A stretch of 64,000 nucleotides of DNA, taken from IMG/VR virus record IMGVR_UViG_3300042914_003341; one strand, given 5' to 3'. The first letter of the stretch is position 1. Each line of letters opens with the position of its first letter. Source of the DNA: an uncultured virus (IMG/VR IMGVR_UViG_3300042914_003341) (lineage: Duplodnaviria; Heunggongvirae; Uroviricota; Caudoviricetes). Below are positions 42,169 through 51,652 of the stretch, piece after piece. A model generated the notes under the pieces. The model worked only from the letters and a program-made list of their open reading frames with translations. It was not told the origin of the DNA and searched no databases. The position numbers and the translations under genes are program-made.

Positions 42169-42807
42169 TCAAGTGAGCTTGGACGAAGGACTAGTAGGTT
42201 TTTGCCGCAAAACCGTGTTGGTGCTGCAACCTGCACGTTTATGACCTTTTGAGGCAATACCCACAAGACCACCGGCCGATGTGGTGACGTGGTCTTCGAG
42301 GAAGAATGATCTAAGAAACAAAGCTATGCCCTTGTAGCTCCAGAAAGGTTTCGCGTTGGTTGGCTTGGAAGACAAAGTCTGGTCAAACGCAGTCAGCATT
42401 GCTGGGAGTCTGTCAAAGATCTCATGTTTTGCGGAAGGAAACTCTTTGATCTTGTCTATCACGTTTGAAACGGCAACAACGCAGTAATCATCTGGGTTTG
42501 CTAGCGGATACTGTTTATAATCTTCATCGCTAGAAAGCATGGCCACAGCCACGGAAGCCAGCGGAGTTGATGTGGTGTTCATGTAGCTACCAGCTTTCAG
42601 CAGCAACAGACATTGTTGTCTTGTGATTCCAAGACGTCTAGAAACTTCAATGATCCTGTGCTGGGATGGACGCAGATCGTTGTTGAATGCAAGGTGCACC
42701 TGTGCTGCGAAATACGTCAAGAACACGTCACCGTTCTCAGTAGCGCTGTTTGTAATCGTTATCTCTGGGAGGGATTGATCATGATCTTTGTCTGCGCTAC
42801 GTACCAT
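42169..42807 (-). CDS. hypothetical protein
   Basis: 212-aa ORF with AAGGA upstream. Confidence 0.65.
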   Translation of the reverse strand: MVRSADKDHDQSLPEITITNSATENGDVFLTYFAAQVHLAFNNDLRPSQHRIIEVSRRLGITRQQCLLLLKAGSYMNTTSTPLASVAVAMLSSDEDYKQYPLANPDDYCVVAVSNVIDKIKEFPSAKHEIFDRLPAMLTAFDQTLSSKPTNAKPFWSYKGIALFLRSFFLEDHVTTSAGGLVGIASKGHKRAGCSTNTVLRQKPTSPSSKLT

Positions 42808-42832
42808 GGGTCTGTGTCCTTTAACAACGATG

Positions 42833-43678
42833 CTAGTTGGTTGTTGGTTCTAATGATTTTTCTTCTGGCGATTCTGTGTCTGCCAACTTGATCAAGAAAT
42901 CGATTGGGTCATTGTTTTGTGTGCCAATAGACGCAGTAAGAACCTGTGGTGTACATTCTTCATCGGCAACGCCCTGTGCCAGTAGAAAGCTGATTTTCCT
43001 AACAGCATACTCCGGCATTCGTTCGTCAACAACAACATCCGTAACAGACAATGTTGTCAGGCAGTTTCCGGCCTTTATAACAATCCAGTGATATTCCGTA
43101 TTGTCAGGCGCTTGCAGCCAGCCTGTACACTCGTTCTTTTTGACAAGAAAAGAGGCGCCCTGGATGAAGTCGGTCGACACAGGAGGCTGACCGAACAACA
43201 CCAAGTCGCCCCTGACATTCTTGGCTTTGGATTTGGCGTCCGGAATGATCTCAAATGCTTCCGGATCTAATTTCGTGATATCAGCAAAGAAAGATTTCTG
43301 CAAATGACCTGATAATGCTTTTGCCGCTCCCTTCTCTTGTCTGTTCGCAAGATCCAAACCGAGAATCTTTGAGACAACTAGTTCTGGATTGCGAATTCTC
43401 AGCTTTGCCTTGGTTGGATCTCCGCTGTCATGAAACTTGATCTCCGTTCCATTTGGCATCGGCACCTCCAATTTGCTCCGATTGAAGCAGTGAAAATAAT
43501 CACCATCCCAGTAAGAATGTGAAGGATTATTCCTATAACTGGCAGTGTCTCTTAGCCTTAGTTTGACCATCTGTATTAGCTCATAGTCGCGGGAACTGGT
43601 TTCTATGTTCAGACTGGTGTCCTTGGTGAGCTTGATGAGGTCAAATTTTCTTATGATTTTATTGATTGATGATGCCAT
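42833..43678 (-). CDS. hypothetical protein, paralogue of 43682..44548
   Basis: KFDxxxLTKDT, RNP...K(I/L)LGLDLA, DERxPxYAV, LLAQG shared. Confidence 0.8.
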   Translation of the reverse strand: MASSINKIIRKFDLIKLTKDTSLNIETSSRDYELIQMVKLRLRDTASYRNNPSHSYWDGDYFHCFNRSKLEVPMPNGTEIKFHDSGDPTKAKLRIRNPELVVSKILGLDLANRQEKGAAKALSGHLQKSFFADITKLDPEAFEIIPDAKSKAKNVRGDLVLFGQPPVSTDFIQGASFLVKKNECTGWLQAPDNTEYHWIVIKAGNCLTTLSVTDVVVDERMPEYAVRKISFLLAQGVADEECTPQVLTASIGTQNNDPIDFLIKLADTESPEEKSLEPTTN

Positions 43679-43681
43679 ATA

Positions 43682-44548
43682 TCACTCGGTTTCTTCAGTC
43701 GTTTCTGATCCTTGTTGTTCGTCCTCTGCAACCACTAAGCTAAGCATCTGGATGGAGTCAGTGTTTTTTGCACCAAACATTGCAGTGAACACTCTTGGCG
43801 GTGTCTCTTGGTCGCTCAGCCCTTGAGCCAAGAGCAACTTAGCCTTGACAACCGCGTAACTTGGAAAGCGCTCATCAGCAGCCTCCTCTTCGCGTGAAAG
43901 AACAGTAAGGCATTGTCCTTTGAAGGCCGCAGCGTTTGTCGATTCACAATCAATGAGATGCAAGAGATATGTCAGATGGCACGTGTCTCTGATCACGAAC
44001 GACTGTCCTGGAACAATGTCCTGATAAGATGCTGTTCTGCCAAACATGATGCTCTTTCGGCGCTTGTCAGCCTTTGATCTTGGATCGTCAATGACAGCAA
44101 ACGTGTCAGCGTCTAGCTCGGTGAAATCAATATGCAAACCCTTGATGCTATCTGCTAGAGTTTTAGCTAGCTTCTTCTCTGCCTTAACCGCCAGATCCAA
44201 ACCAAGAAGTTTTGCAACAAGGACTACTGGATTGCGCAGCGTGGCGTAAATAGAGTATGGATTGTCCACGCCGTGTATTTTCAGTTCTAGACCTGCTGGA
44301 GCCTCGAAACGAATCTCGGCGCCCATGAATGCTGTGCGCATTTTATGCCATTCGGCATTGACGTGATCTCGGTAGTCATTGTATTTGTATTCCGGAAACG
44401 TTTTGTAGTCCTCCGGATTCTTGGAACGCAGCTCCACCATCTGAAACAGTTTGAAATCAGAATCGCCAGTGAACCTGACAAGCATTTCTGTGTCCTTTGT
44501 CAGTCGTACGAAGTCAAACTTTTCGATGAATTGGTTTTTGATTGCCAT
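43682..44548 (-). CDS. hypothetical protein, paralogue of 42833..43678
   Basis: Same shared blocks along the whole length. Confidence 0.8.
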   Translation of the reverse strand: MAIKNQFIEKFDFVRLTKDTEMLVRFTGDSDFKLFQMVELRSKNPEDYKTFPEYKYNDYRDHVNAEWHKMRTAFMGAEIRFEAPAGLELKIHGVDNPYSIYATLRNPVVLVAKLLGLDLAVKAEKKLAKTLADSIKGLHIDFTELDADTFAVIDDPRSKADKRRKSIMFGRTASYQDIVPGQSFVIRDTCHLTYLLHLIDCESTNAAAFKGQCLTVLSREEEAADERFPSYAVVKAKLLLAQGLSDQETPPRVFTAMFGAKNTDSIQMLSLVVAEDEQQGSETTEETE

Positions 44549-44561
44549 TGTGAGTTTCCGT

Positions 44562-44921
44562 TCAGTGAATGGTTGTCGAAGACTGTTGAGCGGCCAAGGC
44601 TGCTGCGCGATCTACCATGACCTTGACCCATGCTGGGAGCTCATAGCTCACACGCATTGTCTGCACCTTCCCAGCACAGACCTTGGCATGTGCTGCCGCA
44701 TCCTCTCTCCAACAATACAGAGCTTGAAGACCTTCATGATTGACCACCGCAAACACCTCACGTGGATCCGGTTTGTTTCCTCCAGAAGAAGGTGCTACGC
44801 CAGGGACGTTTGTGTGTGCAAAGTCTGGGTCTGGGGATCTCCAGATAGTCGGAGGCGCTGTGCGTGGAGTTTTGTTGTTTTTGCCGCGATTGCCGCGAGC
44901 CTTGTTGTAGTCTGTACTCAT
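44562..44921 (-). CDS. hypothetical protein
   Basis: Follows promoter 44937-44965. Confidence 0.6.
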   Translation of the reverse strand: MSTDYNKARGNRGKNNKTPRTAPPTIWRSPDPDFAHTNVPGVAPSSGGNKPDPREVFAVVNHEGLQALYCWREDAAAHAKVCAGKVQTMRVSYELPAWVKVMVDRAAALAAQQSSTTIH

Positions 44922-44936
44922 AGTCTATGTCTTGCC

Positions 44937-45014
44937 AGACTAGCATGATAGTTGCTGGTTGTCAAGAAGCTGGTGCTGTTGGCACTTGACAAGGACCCTG
45001 GACGGTGCTAAGGT
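44937..45014. promoter_or_regulatory. divergent sigma70-type promoter pair
   Basis: Minus TTGACA-17-TAGTCT (44937-44965); plus TTGACA-17-TAAGGT (44986-45014); both with extended TG. Confidence 0.75.
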
Positions 45015-45024
45015 TCAAACCATC

Positions 45025-45714
45025 ATGACAGACACCACGAATGATACCAAGTTGTTCAAGTCACACACCGATGATGAGTTCGGTGTACACATCCTTGAGG
45101 ATATTGCTGAACACAGCAATCAGGCATGGAAAACAGATCTATTGAACATGTTTGCAGATCTTGGTGAGACTCTTGTTGAGATCGACACACTCCTGGCGCA
45201 CGACATGAAGCAAGCCGCAACCATGAAGAAGTCGCGTGGTGTGATTGTTGCAGTCAACACCGAGAATGCTCGGAAGATTGAATGGACGGCCAGGGCTTTC
45301 CGCGATCCTATCCGGCTTGCACAACTGACGCATGACGGCGACTATTCACTGAGCGAGGCGTATCTGAACAAGATCCTCAATTTCTTTGCGGTGATTCGTA
45401 ATGATCTGCGAATCGCGCATCAGAACGGTGGCGAGGCTGATCTCGCTTGCAACAAGGGTTTGCGGCGGTTTTACATCAATTCTCTGCGCACGATCTCACA
45501 CGACATGGACTTTGAGCTGGTCTACAATGTGTTTGCCAACTCAAACCTGAGTGGCGATCCTTCGAAGCCAGACTGGCATGCATTGATCGACAATGGTACC
45601 AAAAAGCCACCTTCTGGTCCTCGCGGTGGTGGACCAAACAACGGCGGAACACCGAAGGGCGCTCTGGTTCCGTTTCCCGGCCTGAGTACCAATGCCGTAG
45701 CCAAAGCTGCTTAG
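45025..45714 (+). CDS. hypothetical protein, only plus-strand gene
   Basis: ATG 10 nt after plus-strand -10 box; no competing minus-strand ORF. Confidence 0.75.
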   Translation: MTDTTNDTKLFKSHTDDEFGVHILEDIAEHSNQAWKTDLLNMFADLGETLVEIDTLLAHDMKQAATMKKSRGVIVAVNTENARKIEWTARAFRDPIRLAQLTHDGDYSLSEAYLNKILNFFAVIRNDLRIAHQNGGEADLACNKGLRRFYINSLRTISHDMDFELVYNVFANSNLSGDPSKPDWHALIDNGTKKPPSGPRGGGPNNGGTPKGALVPFPGLSTNAVAKAA

Positions 45715-46211
45715 TGGTTGCTGTTTCGTTGCTGGAGAAGGTAGATGAACGTTTCGTGCTTGTCGAGGATCCCAGCAACGAGATTCTCAGTGCCAAGAGT
45801 GAGCACCTGAGATTGTCTGAGCATCTCTAGACAGTCCGTTCCAATCCCAATCAGATCATTCTCTGCGGCCAAAGAAACAACGCCATATGAAGCTCCTGGA
45901 ATGGTCCATTTGTCCATGGACTCTTTCATCAGAGCCATTCGCATGAAATAGTTGGTGTTTGAAGGATCGCCACTTATTCCAACCAACTTCTCTGCAATTG
46001 GATCAATGTCTGCACTAGTGCCTTCGTAGAGTTTCTGGAACAATAGATGATCGCCGTAGAAATTCGATCCGGAGGTTTGCCAGTGGTGAGACTGATGAAC
46101 CATGGAAGCAGCTTCGAGTGCCGCCAATAAGCGCACAAGGCCCATAGCAGGGTTGTTTGAAGTCTCGCCGTGTTTATGTTTGGAGAACTGATAGTTGATC
46201 GCTGGTGGCAT
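45711..46211 (-). CDS. Dps/ferritin-like protein
   Basis: HHWQTSGSNFYGDHLLFQKLYE...DPIAEK. Confidence 0.85.
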   Translation of the reverse strand: MPPAINYQFSKHKHGETSNNPAMGLVRLLAALEAASMVHQSHHWQTSGSNFYGDHLLFQKLYEGTSADIDPIAEKLVGISGDPSNTNYFMRMALMKESMDKWTIPGASYGVVSLAAENDLIGIGTDCLEMLRQSQVLTLGTENLVAGILDKHETFIYLLQQRNSNH

Positions 46212-46219
46212 TATGAAGA

Positions 46220-46852
46220 TTAAGTATAGATCTTCATTCCGCCGCGAACAATCACGTAGGAGTCACAGGCATCGTACATGTCATTGTCATAGACCTCTTC
46301 ACCCTTGTGGTGGCCGGTCTTGGCAATGTGTTTGCGCCATGGGAACTCAGGATGTTTTGCCGTGACATAATCAAATACCTTCTCTTTTTGAGATTTTGAT
46401 TTGTCTTTGCGGTCTGGATCTTTGTATCCAATCTTGCTTCTAGCACTGGTCACATTCACATCAAGGAGTGTGACTGGCTGAACATATGCATCAGTTGTCA
46501 TTGCAATGTAAGACACAATCCCATTGAACTTGGCCAGTGTTAATACCACATCTGCACTGCTAGCACCCTTTTTGAACTGTTTAGCGTTTGCTTCAACAAA
46601 GATCTTTTTGGGCTGTAGATGATTGTTGATCATCATCAGGTCAAACTCTTTTTTGAAGTATGCTGCTTTGGTGAAGAGCGTTGCGTCCTCGCCAAGCTGA
46701 TTCTCCTTGTTTGGCTTCAAGATGATTGAATCGAAGAGAAGAGGCATGCCGTCTGGGTTCTTGGGATCAAGTGCCGTGACCCCGACGACTGAGGTTGATA
46801 TGTCAAGGCCGATATAGCATGAAACTGGGCTTGGTTGGCTAGTGTTTGTCAT
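46220..46852 (-). CDS. RuvC-like Holliday junction resolvase
   Basis: YIGLDISTSVVG, IFVE, DACDSYVI. Confidence 0.82.
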   Translation of the reverse strand: MTNTSQPSPVSCYIGLDISTSVVGVTALDPKNPDGMPLLFDSIILKPNKENQLGEDATLFTKAAYFKKEFDLMMINNHLQPKKIFVEANAKQFKKGASSADVVLTLAKFNGIVSYIAMTTDAYVQPVTLLDVNVTSARSKIGYKDPDRKDKSKSQKEKVFDYVTAKHPEFPWRKHIAKTGHHKGEEVYDNDMYDACDSYVIVRGGMKIYT

Positions 46853-46909
46853 GTTGTTTTGCAGACCATATTCTGCCGCAAAAACGTTGAGATGTCAAGG
46901 ACCGGGCAT

Positions 46910-47380
46910 TCACCAAGAAATATCGATCACGTACTCACCGGGCTCAAGCAGCCCTTTGGCAATCAAGTCAGTCACCACGTCATCGAATTCAGGATAAAAA
47001 TTCCGTTGCCAAAAGAATTTGAGCTCATTATCATATTCTTGACCTGGGAGCGGTTCCTTGGGATCTCTTGCTAGCCAAGCGTCAATACCGACACCTCTGG
47101 CTTTTCGCCCGGAATCCGAAAGCTCGCGGAGTGATTTGAGCTCAAAGCAGTAGTCTCTCGGGTTAACCCAGTAATCTGGGTTGGCTTCGACACCTACTTC
47201 TTTGGGATCTACTGTAAAGCTTTTGCTCGTGCCGTTTGGATAACATCCACCCTGTTGTTGTAAACAGTAAGGTTTTCCATAGACCTCTGTCACGAACTCG
47301 TCCCAGGCGTTGTCATCGAGGTAGGTCACTTTCCTGGTTTGCAGACGTGGTTTTTTAACCTTTTTCTTCTTCTCTGTCAT
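46910..47380 (-). CDS. hypothetical phage protein
   Basis: Start refined to ATG 7 nt after -10 box. Confidence 0.7.
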   Translation of the reverse strand: MTEKKKKVKKPRLQTRKVTYLDDNAWDEFVTEVYGKPYCLQQQGGCYPNGTSKSFTVDPKEVGVEANPDYWVNPRDYCFELKSLRELSDSGRKARGVGIDAWLARDPKEPLPGQEYDNELKFFWQRNFYPEFDDVVTDLIAKGLLEPGEYVIDISW

Positions 47381-47387
47381 GAACCCG

Positions 47388-47416
47388 ATTGTACGACAAC
47401 AGATATTTGACGTCAA
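47388..47416 (-). promoter_or_regulatory. sigma70-type promoter, leaderless
   Basis: TTGACG-17-TACAAT. Confidence 0.65.
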
Positions 47417-47417
47417 G

Positions 47418-49490
47418 TTATCGAAACAGCATCTCAGCCAGTGACATGGGCTGGCTGTTTGTTAGATCTGGTGGAGGCCATGGCATGAATGGGTTGTTCG
47501 GGTCTTCTGGTCTGTAGTTGGCTTTGAAAGACACATATTCCGGTGGCAGGTAAGGAGAAGTCCACCAGTGACTGGCGTATGAGGACGTGCCTTTACTATT
47601 GTCATATTCAGTATCATGATGTCTTGCTATCTCGGCAAGTTTTCTCATGATCTCGTGAACCAAGGAAACGTCGCCACCATTGAAATCAGTGTTCACATAG
47701 TCAACAACATCCGAAACTGTACTCATCGCTTCACGCCGACGAATGTTGCTAGAAAGATTTGCATTTAGGATTCTTTGAACTATTTCAAATCTTGAAGAAT
47801 CCAGGCTCATGATCCCGCGGACAAGGAGTCTGTCTGCTAGTTCTCTGAATTGGCCGGTAACTGGATACTGTTCAAACCCAAGTGCAAAAAGCAACTGTGC
47901 AACCGCGTAATATGTTTGATCGATCATATCAGCGTCCCAACCCAGAAGGCCGTTGATGCGTTGCGCTATTTCTGGTTTGGATAAAATGCTTCGACCAGAA
48001 CTGATCAGTGTTTCAAGGTTTGGGAGTATGAACTGAGTGATAACTTTGTTCAGTGTTTGTGGAGAGATGTTTGTGTGCATGTAGCGAACTTGAAAAAACC
48101 ATGCACTCAACTTGCTGTCTGGGGTTCCTTTGGTGTCAGGAGAAAACAGTATGACCTCTGTGTGCGTATCAAAGTTTTCTGCCGCGAAAAGCTCTATGAT
48201 CTGCTGATATTTGTTCCTGGCTTCTGGATCCAGAGACATGTCGAGTGCGTTTTCTCTGATCGCCTGATGGAACTGTTTTTGGTTCAGAAACTTGGCATTG
48301 TAGATCAGCCTGAGTTCGCGGCCTTCAAGGTTCCCAGTCTCGATCATATGCAGTGCCACCGGAATTGAATTCACAAACTTGACAACTGGGGTTTTCAGGT
48401 AAGACTCCAGTTTAGAGAAACCAAGATCTAATAGCCATGAAGCGTTCTGTATATATTTTGCAAGTTCCCCTTGGTTGATATCAACCGGAAATGTCCAACC
48501 TGGATCTGTGTAATGGTTGGACATGGTCGCAAGTTCACCAAAAGCGCTGTTTGTGACACCGTACTTTTTCAGCAACTCGTTTAGATACACACACATGTCG
48601 AAATGGAACAGCGGGTAAAATTCTTCGCTTGGTGTTTCATTTAGAACTAGCAGTGCAACATAAGGCTCTGGCGATGCGCCGTTATAAGCGTCCTCAAAGA
48701 ACTTTCTGTGCGCCACTGGATCGCGCGCGGCTTTGTCATAGAAACCTTTCAGGGGATGATCACCAGAAGATGATGCATGAGCTGTGATTGTGTCAATGAT
48801 TTTATTTCTTGTGCGTACATCAGCCTTTGTTTTAAGCTGCTCAATCACATCAGTCCAAGTGATGCCACGATTGTTTGCGTTAACGGACAATCCGCCGTCT
48901 TGACCACCAGAAAATTTGCCGTTAGGACCAAAACCAATGCTCATCTTGGCGTTTGGCTCTTCTTGTGGATTGACGCCTTTGGTGATCAGGTAATAGAGTT
49001 TGTTCCCAGCACCGGCATAATAGGGGAAATAGTTTGTCGACTGAGTCCTTGCAGTGCACCATGTAGTTCCTTTGCCCCAGACACAACTAGCCTCTTTGCT
49101 ATGAGGATAGATGACAACAAAATTATCATCCTCGTACACCTTTTCGACTTGACCTTTGATATCGTTTCTGATCGATGTCTGGGAAGGTGCAAGTGATTCA
49201 ATTGCGGCTTGAACCTCGGCAAGACTGTCATAGAGCGACAGATCTTTCTTTGACAGTTTAGCTCTTGCTTTGTTGAATGCTGCAACCAAGCTTAGAACCT
49301 CTTGAACCGGTTCATTTGCTTTATCGAGCAGCTTCATGATTGTTGGCCATGTTGCTGGCGGGTTGCCAGAGTTTGATACGGCTTCAACGTCCGAAAGACG
49401 TTTGGGATATTTTCTCTGTAAACTGGCTAGGATTTCTTTTGCAGAGGCTTCCTGAAGAATTTGAAGCAAACTAAGACATTGATTCTTCAT
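47418..49490 (-). CDS. large protein with TTWCTA (PcfJ-like) domain, paralogue A
   Basis: KEASCVWGKGTTWCTA, AKMSIGF, GGLSVNA. Confidence 0.75.
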   Translation of the reverse strand: MKNQCLSLLQILQEASAKEILASLQRKYPKRLSDVEAVSNSGNPPATWPTIMKLLDKANEPVQEVLSLVAAFNKARAKLSKKDLSLYDSLAEVQAAIESLAPSQTSIRNDIKGQVEKVYEDDNFVVIYPHSKEASCVWGKGTTWCTARTQSTNYFPYYAGAGNKLYYLITKGVNPQEEPNAKMSIGFGPNGKFSGGQDGGLSVNANNRGITWTDVIEQLKTKADVRTRNKIIDTITAHASSSGDHPLKGFYDKAARDPVAHRKFFEDAYNGASPEPYVALLVLNETPSEEFYPLFHFDMCVYLNELLKKYGVTNSAFGELATMSNHYTDPGWTFPVDINQGELAKYIQNASWLLDLGFSKLESYLKTPVVKFVNSIPVALHMIETGNLEGRELRLIYNAKFLNQKQFHQAIRENALDMSLDPEARNKYQQIIELFAAENFDTHTEVILFSPDTKGTPDSKLSAWFFQVRYMHTNISPQTLNKVITQFILPNLETLISSGRSILSKPEIAQRINGLLGWDADMIDQTYYAVAQLLFALGFEQYPVTGQFRELADRLLVRGIMSLDSSRFEIVQRILNANLSSNIRRREAMSTVSDVVDYVNTDFNGGDVSLVHEIMRKLAEIARHHDTEYDNSKGTSSYASHWWTSPYLPPEYVSFKANYRPEDPNNPFMPWPPPDLTNSQPMSLAEMLFR

Positions 49491-51367
49491 TGATTGTTGC
49501 TCCAGAGCATCTCGTACAGCCTAGGTTCTGGTTTATCTGGTTGGTAATAATCGATCAGTGCTTGGCGACTCTCCGGAGTGAGAGCTTTATAGTTCCCAAG
49601 CATCAGTCTGGTAAAATCTCTCCTGTTTATATTTCCCAACTTGCCAATAGCTGGCTGCATGATATACTGCGCAACCAAGTTTTGAATTTCTGGCGGCAGA
49701 TTGTTTTTGGTCGCCAAGTTCCAAAACACACTCCGGAGCCTGAAACCACCCTCTTCGAAAAGCCAATATTTCCATGCATCGTTTGTTAGCAGTTGAACCA
49801 GCTTTTCTGGAGAAGCTGCATTGAGAATCGCCGCGGAACGTTGGTTGACTTCTTCTGGGAGGTTTCCGTTCGAGGCTAGGATGAAGTCGACGCACATGTT
49901 TGCAATCACATTGGCGCCCGGGTTGTTGTAATCATGGCCATAGTTCTCATCCGAGGCATCCATTACTACTGCGGTGAGAAGTGCGTTGCAAAACAACAAC
50001 TTATTGGATGGGTTCAGTTGTTTATGGTTCGCGACAGCTTCTGCAAACCTGATGATCTCGCGCGAATCCCTGTATTTGACAAATTCAATAGCAAAATCCT
50101 CAAAACGCGTACTGAACATGTTCGGATTATCATCAACGACTTTTGCACTCATGAATGGGTTGTAGCTTGTAGCACCCACTCCAACAGAAAATTTGTTGTC
50201 AACCGTCATCAAAGCCAACATGGCATCTGGCGGCAGTGTCTCACAAAAGGACTGTATCAAAGAATAAGGTAGATCTTTAGTTCGATAGTTTGGATTACTG
50301 AGCATACCCAAGACATGGTCCCAGATTCTCTCATCGGTCTTCGCACCAGGATTTTTCTTGAAGAAATCGACAAAAAGTTTATATTGGTTGTGGTGGCGAT
50401 AATGATATCCTTCCGACGCGTCTTCGATGGTTCCCCACGCCTGCAAGGTATCAAAGAACAGGTTAACCGAGTCTGGGTTGTATTCTCGTAAAGATCCCAA
50501 GCCTTTAAGATAATCGATCATGACGTCGTCATCTTTTGCGGCGAGGATTTTATCCAACTCTGGCTTCAGTGCTGCTGGATCATTGATCAGACGTCTGTAG
50601 TTTTCAAGTGCCGGGTGAGCTTCTGATGCATCCTTCTCATACTCATTGCCGCGATTTGTTTTGTAGTGGTTCTTGATCGCCGCCATGATTGGTTCGAACT
50701 CGTCCCCAAGATAATCCTGCACGGTGGCTGGCTTTAGACCATCATTCTTTGCATTGACGCTCAGACCACCATTGCGTCCCCAAGAGATTGAACCAGCAGT
50801 GTCGAAGCCAATGCTCATCTTGGCATATGGATCTTCTCTTGGATCTGAAAGTTTGTTGATGATGTAGTAAAGCCACACACCATTCCTGGCATATGGATAG
50901 AACAGATTTCCCTTCTCTGTAGCAGCAGTGCACCATGTAGTTCCTGCACCATATGCGCAACTTGCTTCTCTGCTCTTTGCAAACACAACCAGATACTGTT
51001 TGTCCTCATAGACACGATCAGCATTGCCCTTGGCAGTGTTCATCTGTTTTCTAGCAGATGATTTACTGGTGAGATTGTTAAGAGCACCTCTGAGATCGTC
51101 TGTCGATTTGTATTGAGACAGATCTCCCAGCTTCTCCTTGTTCTTCATCCAGGAGGCGACCGCGGCGATTGTTTCACCAACTGGCTCATCCTTGTTCGCA
51201 CTCCACAGCTCCATCACTGGGAACCATGTTGCAGGTCCAAGCATGTTTGCAGCAAGAACTTTGTTTGCAGCATCTAGATCGTTTGGATATTTAGCAAGCA
51301 ACGCAGCTTTGATTTTATCTGCTTTTGCTTCGTCGATAAAAAGAAGTGCTGAGAGTGGTGTAGACAT
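49487..51367 (-). CDS. large protein with TTWCTA (PcfJ-like) domain, paralogue B
   Basis: REASCAYGAGTTWCTA, AKMSIGF, GGLSVNA. Confidence 0.75.
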   Translation of the reverse strand: MSTPLSALLFIDEAKADKIKAALLAKYPNDLDAANKVLAANMLGPATWFPVMELWSANKDEPVGETIAAVASWMKNKEKLGDLSQYKSTDDLRGALNNLTSKSSARKQMNTAKGNADRVYEDKQYLVVFAKSREASCAYGAGTTWCTAATEKGNLFYPYARNGVWLYYIINKLSDPREDPYAKMSIGFDTAGSISWGRNGGLSVNAKNDGLKPATVQDYLGDEFEPIMAAIKNHYKTNRGNEYEKDASEAHPALENYRRLINDPAALKPELDKILAAKDDDVMIDYLKGLGSLREYNPDSVNLFFDTLQAWGTIEDASEGYHYRHHNQYKLFVDFFKKNPGAKTDERIWDHVLGMLSNPNYRTKDLPYSLIQSFCETLPPDAMLALMTVDNKFSVGVGATSYNPFMSAKVVDDNPNMFSTRFEDFAIEFVKYRDSREIIRFAEAVANHKQLNPSNKLLFCNALLTAVVMDASDENYGHDYNNPGANVIANMCVDFILASNGNLPEEVNQRSAAILNAASPEKLVQLLTNDAWKYWLFEEGGFRLRSVFWNLATKNNLPPEIQNLVAQYIMQPAIGKLGNINRRDFTRLMLGNYKALTPESRQALIDYYQPDKPEPRLYEMLWSNNQ

Positions 51368-51400
51368 TTCTTAAGTGCTCTTATGGCACTTAACTAGGAT

Positions 51401-51652
51401 TCAATACCACGAGACGTGATAGAGGCGTTTCAGCTTCTCAAAGAACGCTGTTACGGCAAAATGTTCGGGTATTTTTACGATATATCTAGAACCGGTGCTC
51501 GACTTGTCGCTTTCGACGCTGACGCCGTATTTTCTAGCGATGGCATCTGCGGCCCAGTCGTAGTAGCCCCAAGCAATCATCTTTTTTGTCGAAGCGCCAG
51601 GACGACCATGAGGTGCTGGGAATGTGATTTTGTAGGTTTTTGTTTCTGTCAT
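51401..51652 (-). CDS. hypothetical protein
   Basis: ATGA-coupled ORF. Confidence 0.6.
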   Translation of the reverse strand: MTETKTYKITFPAPHGRPGASTKKMIAWGYYDWAADAIARKYGVSVESDKSSTGSRYIVKIPEHFAVTAFFEKLKRLYHVSWY

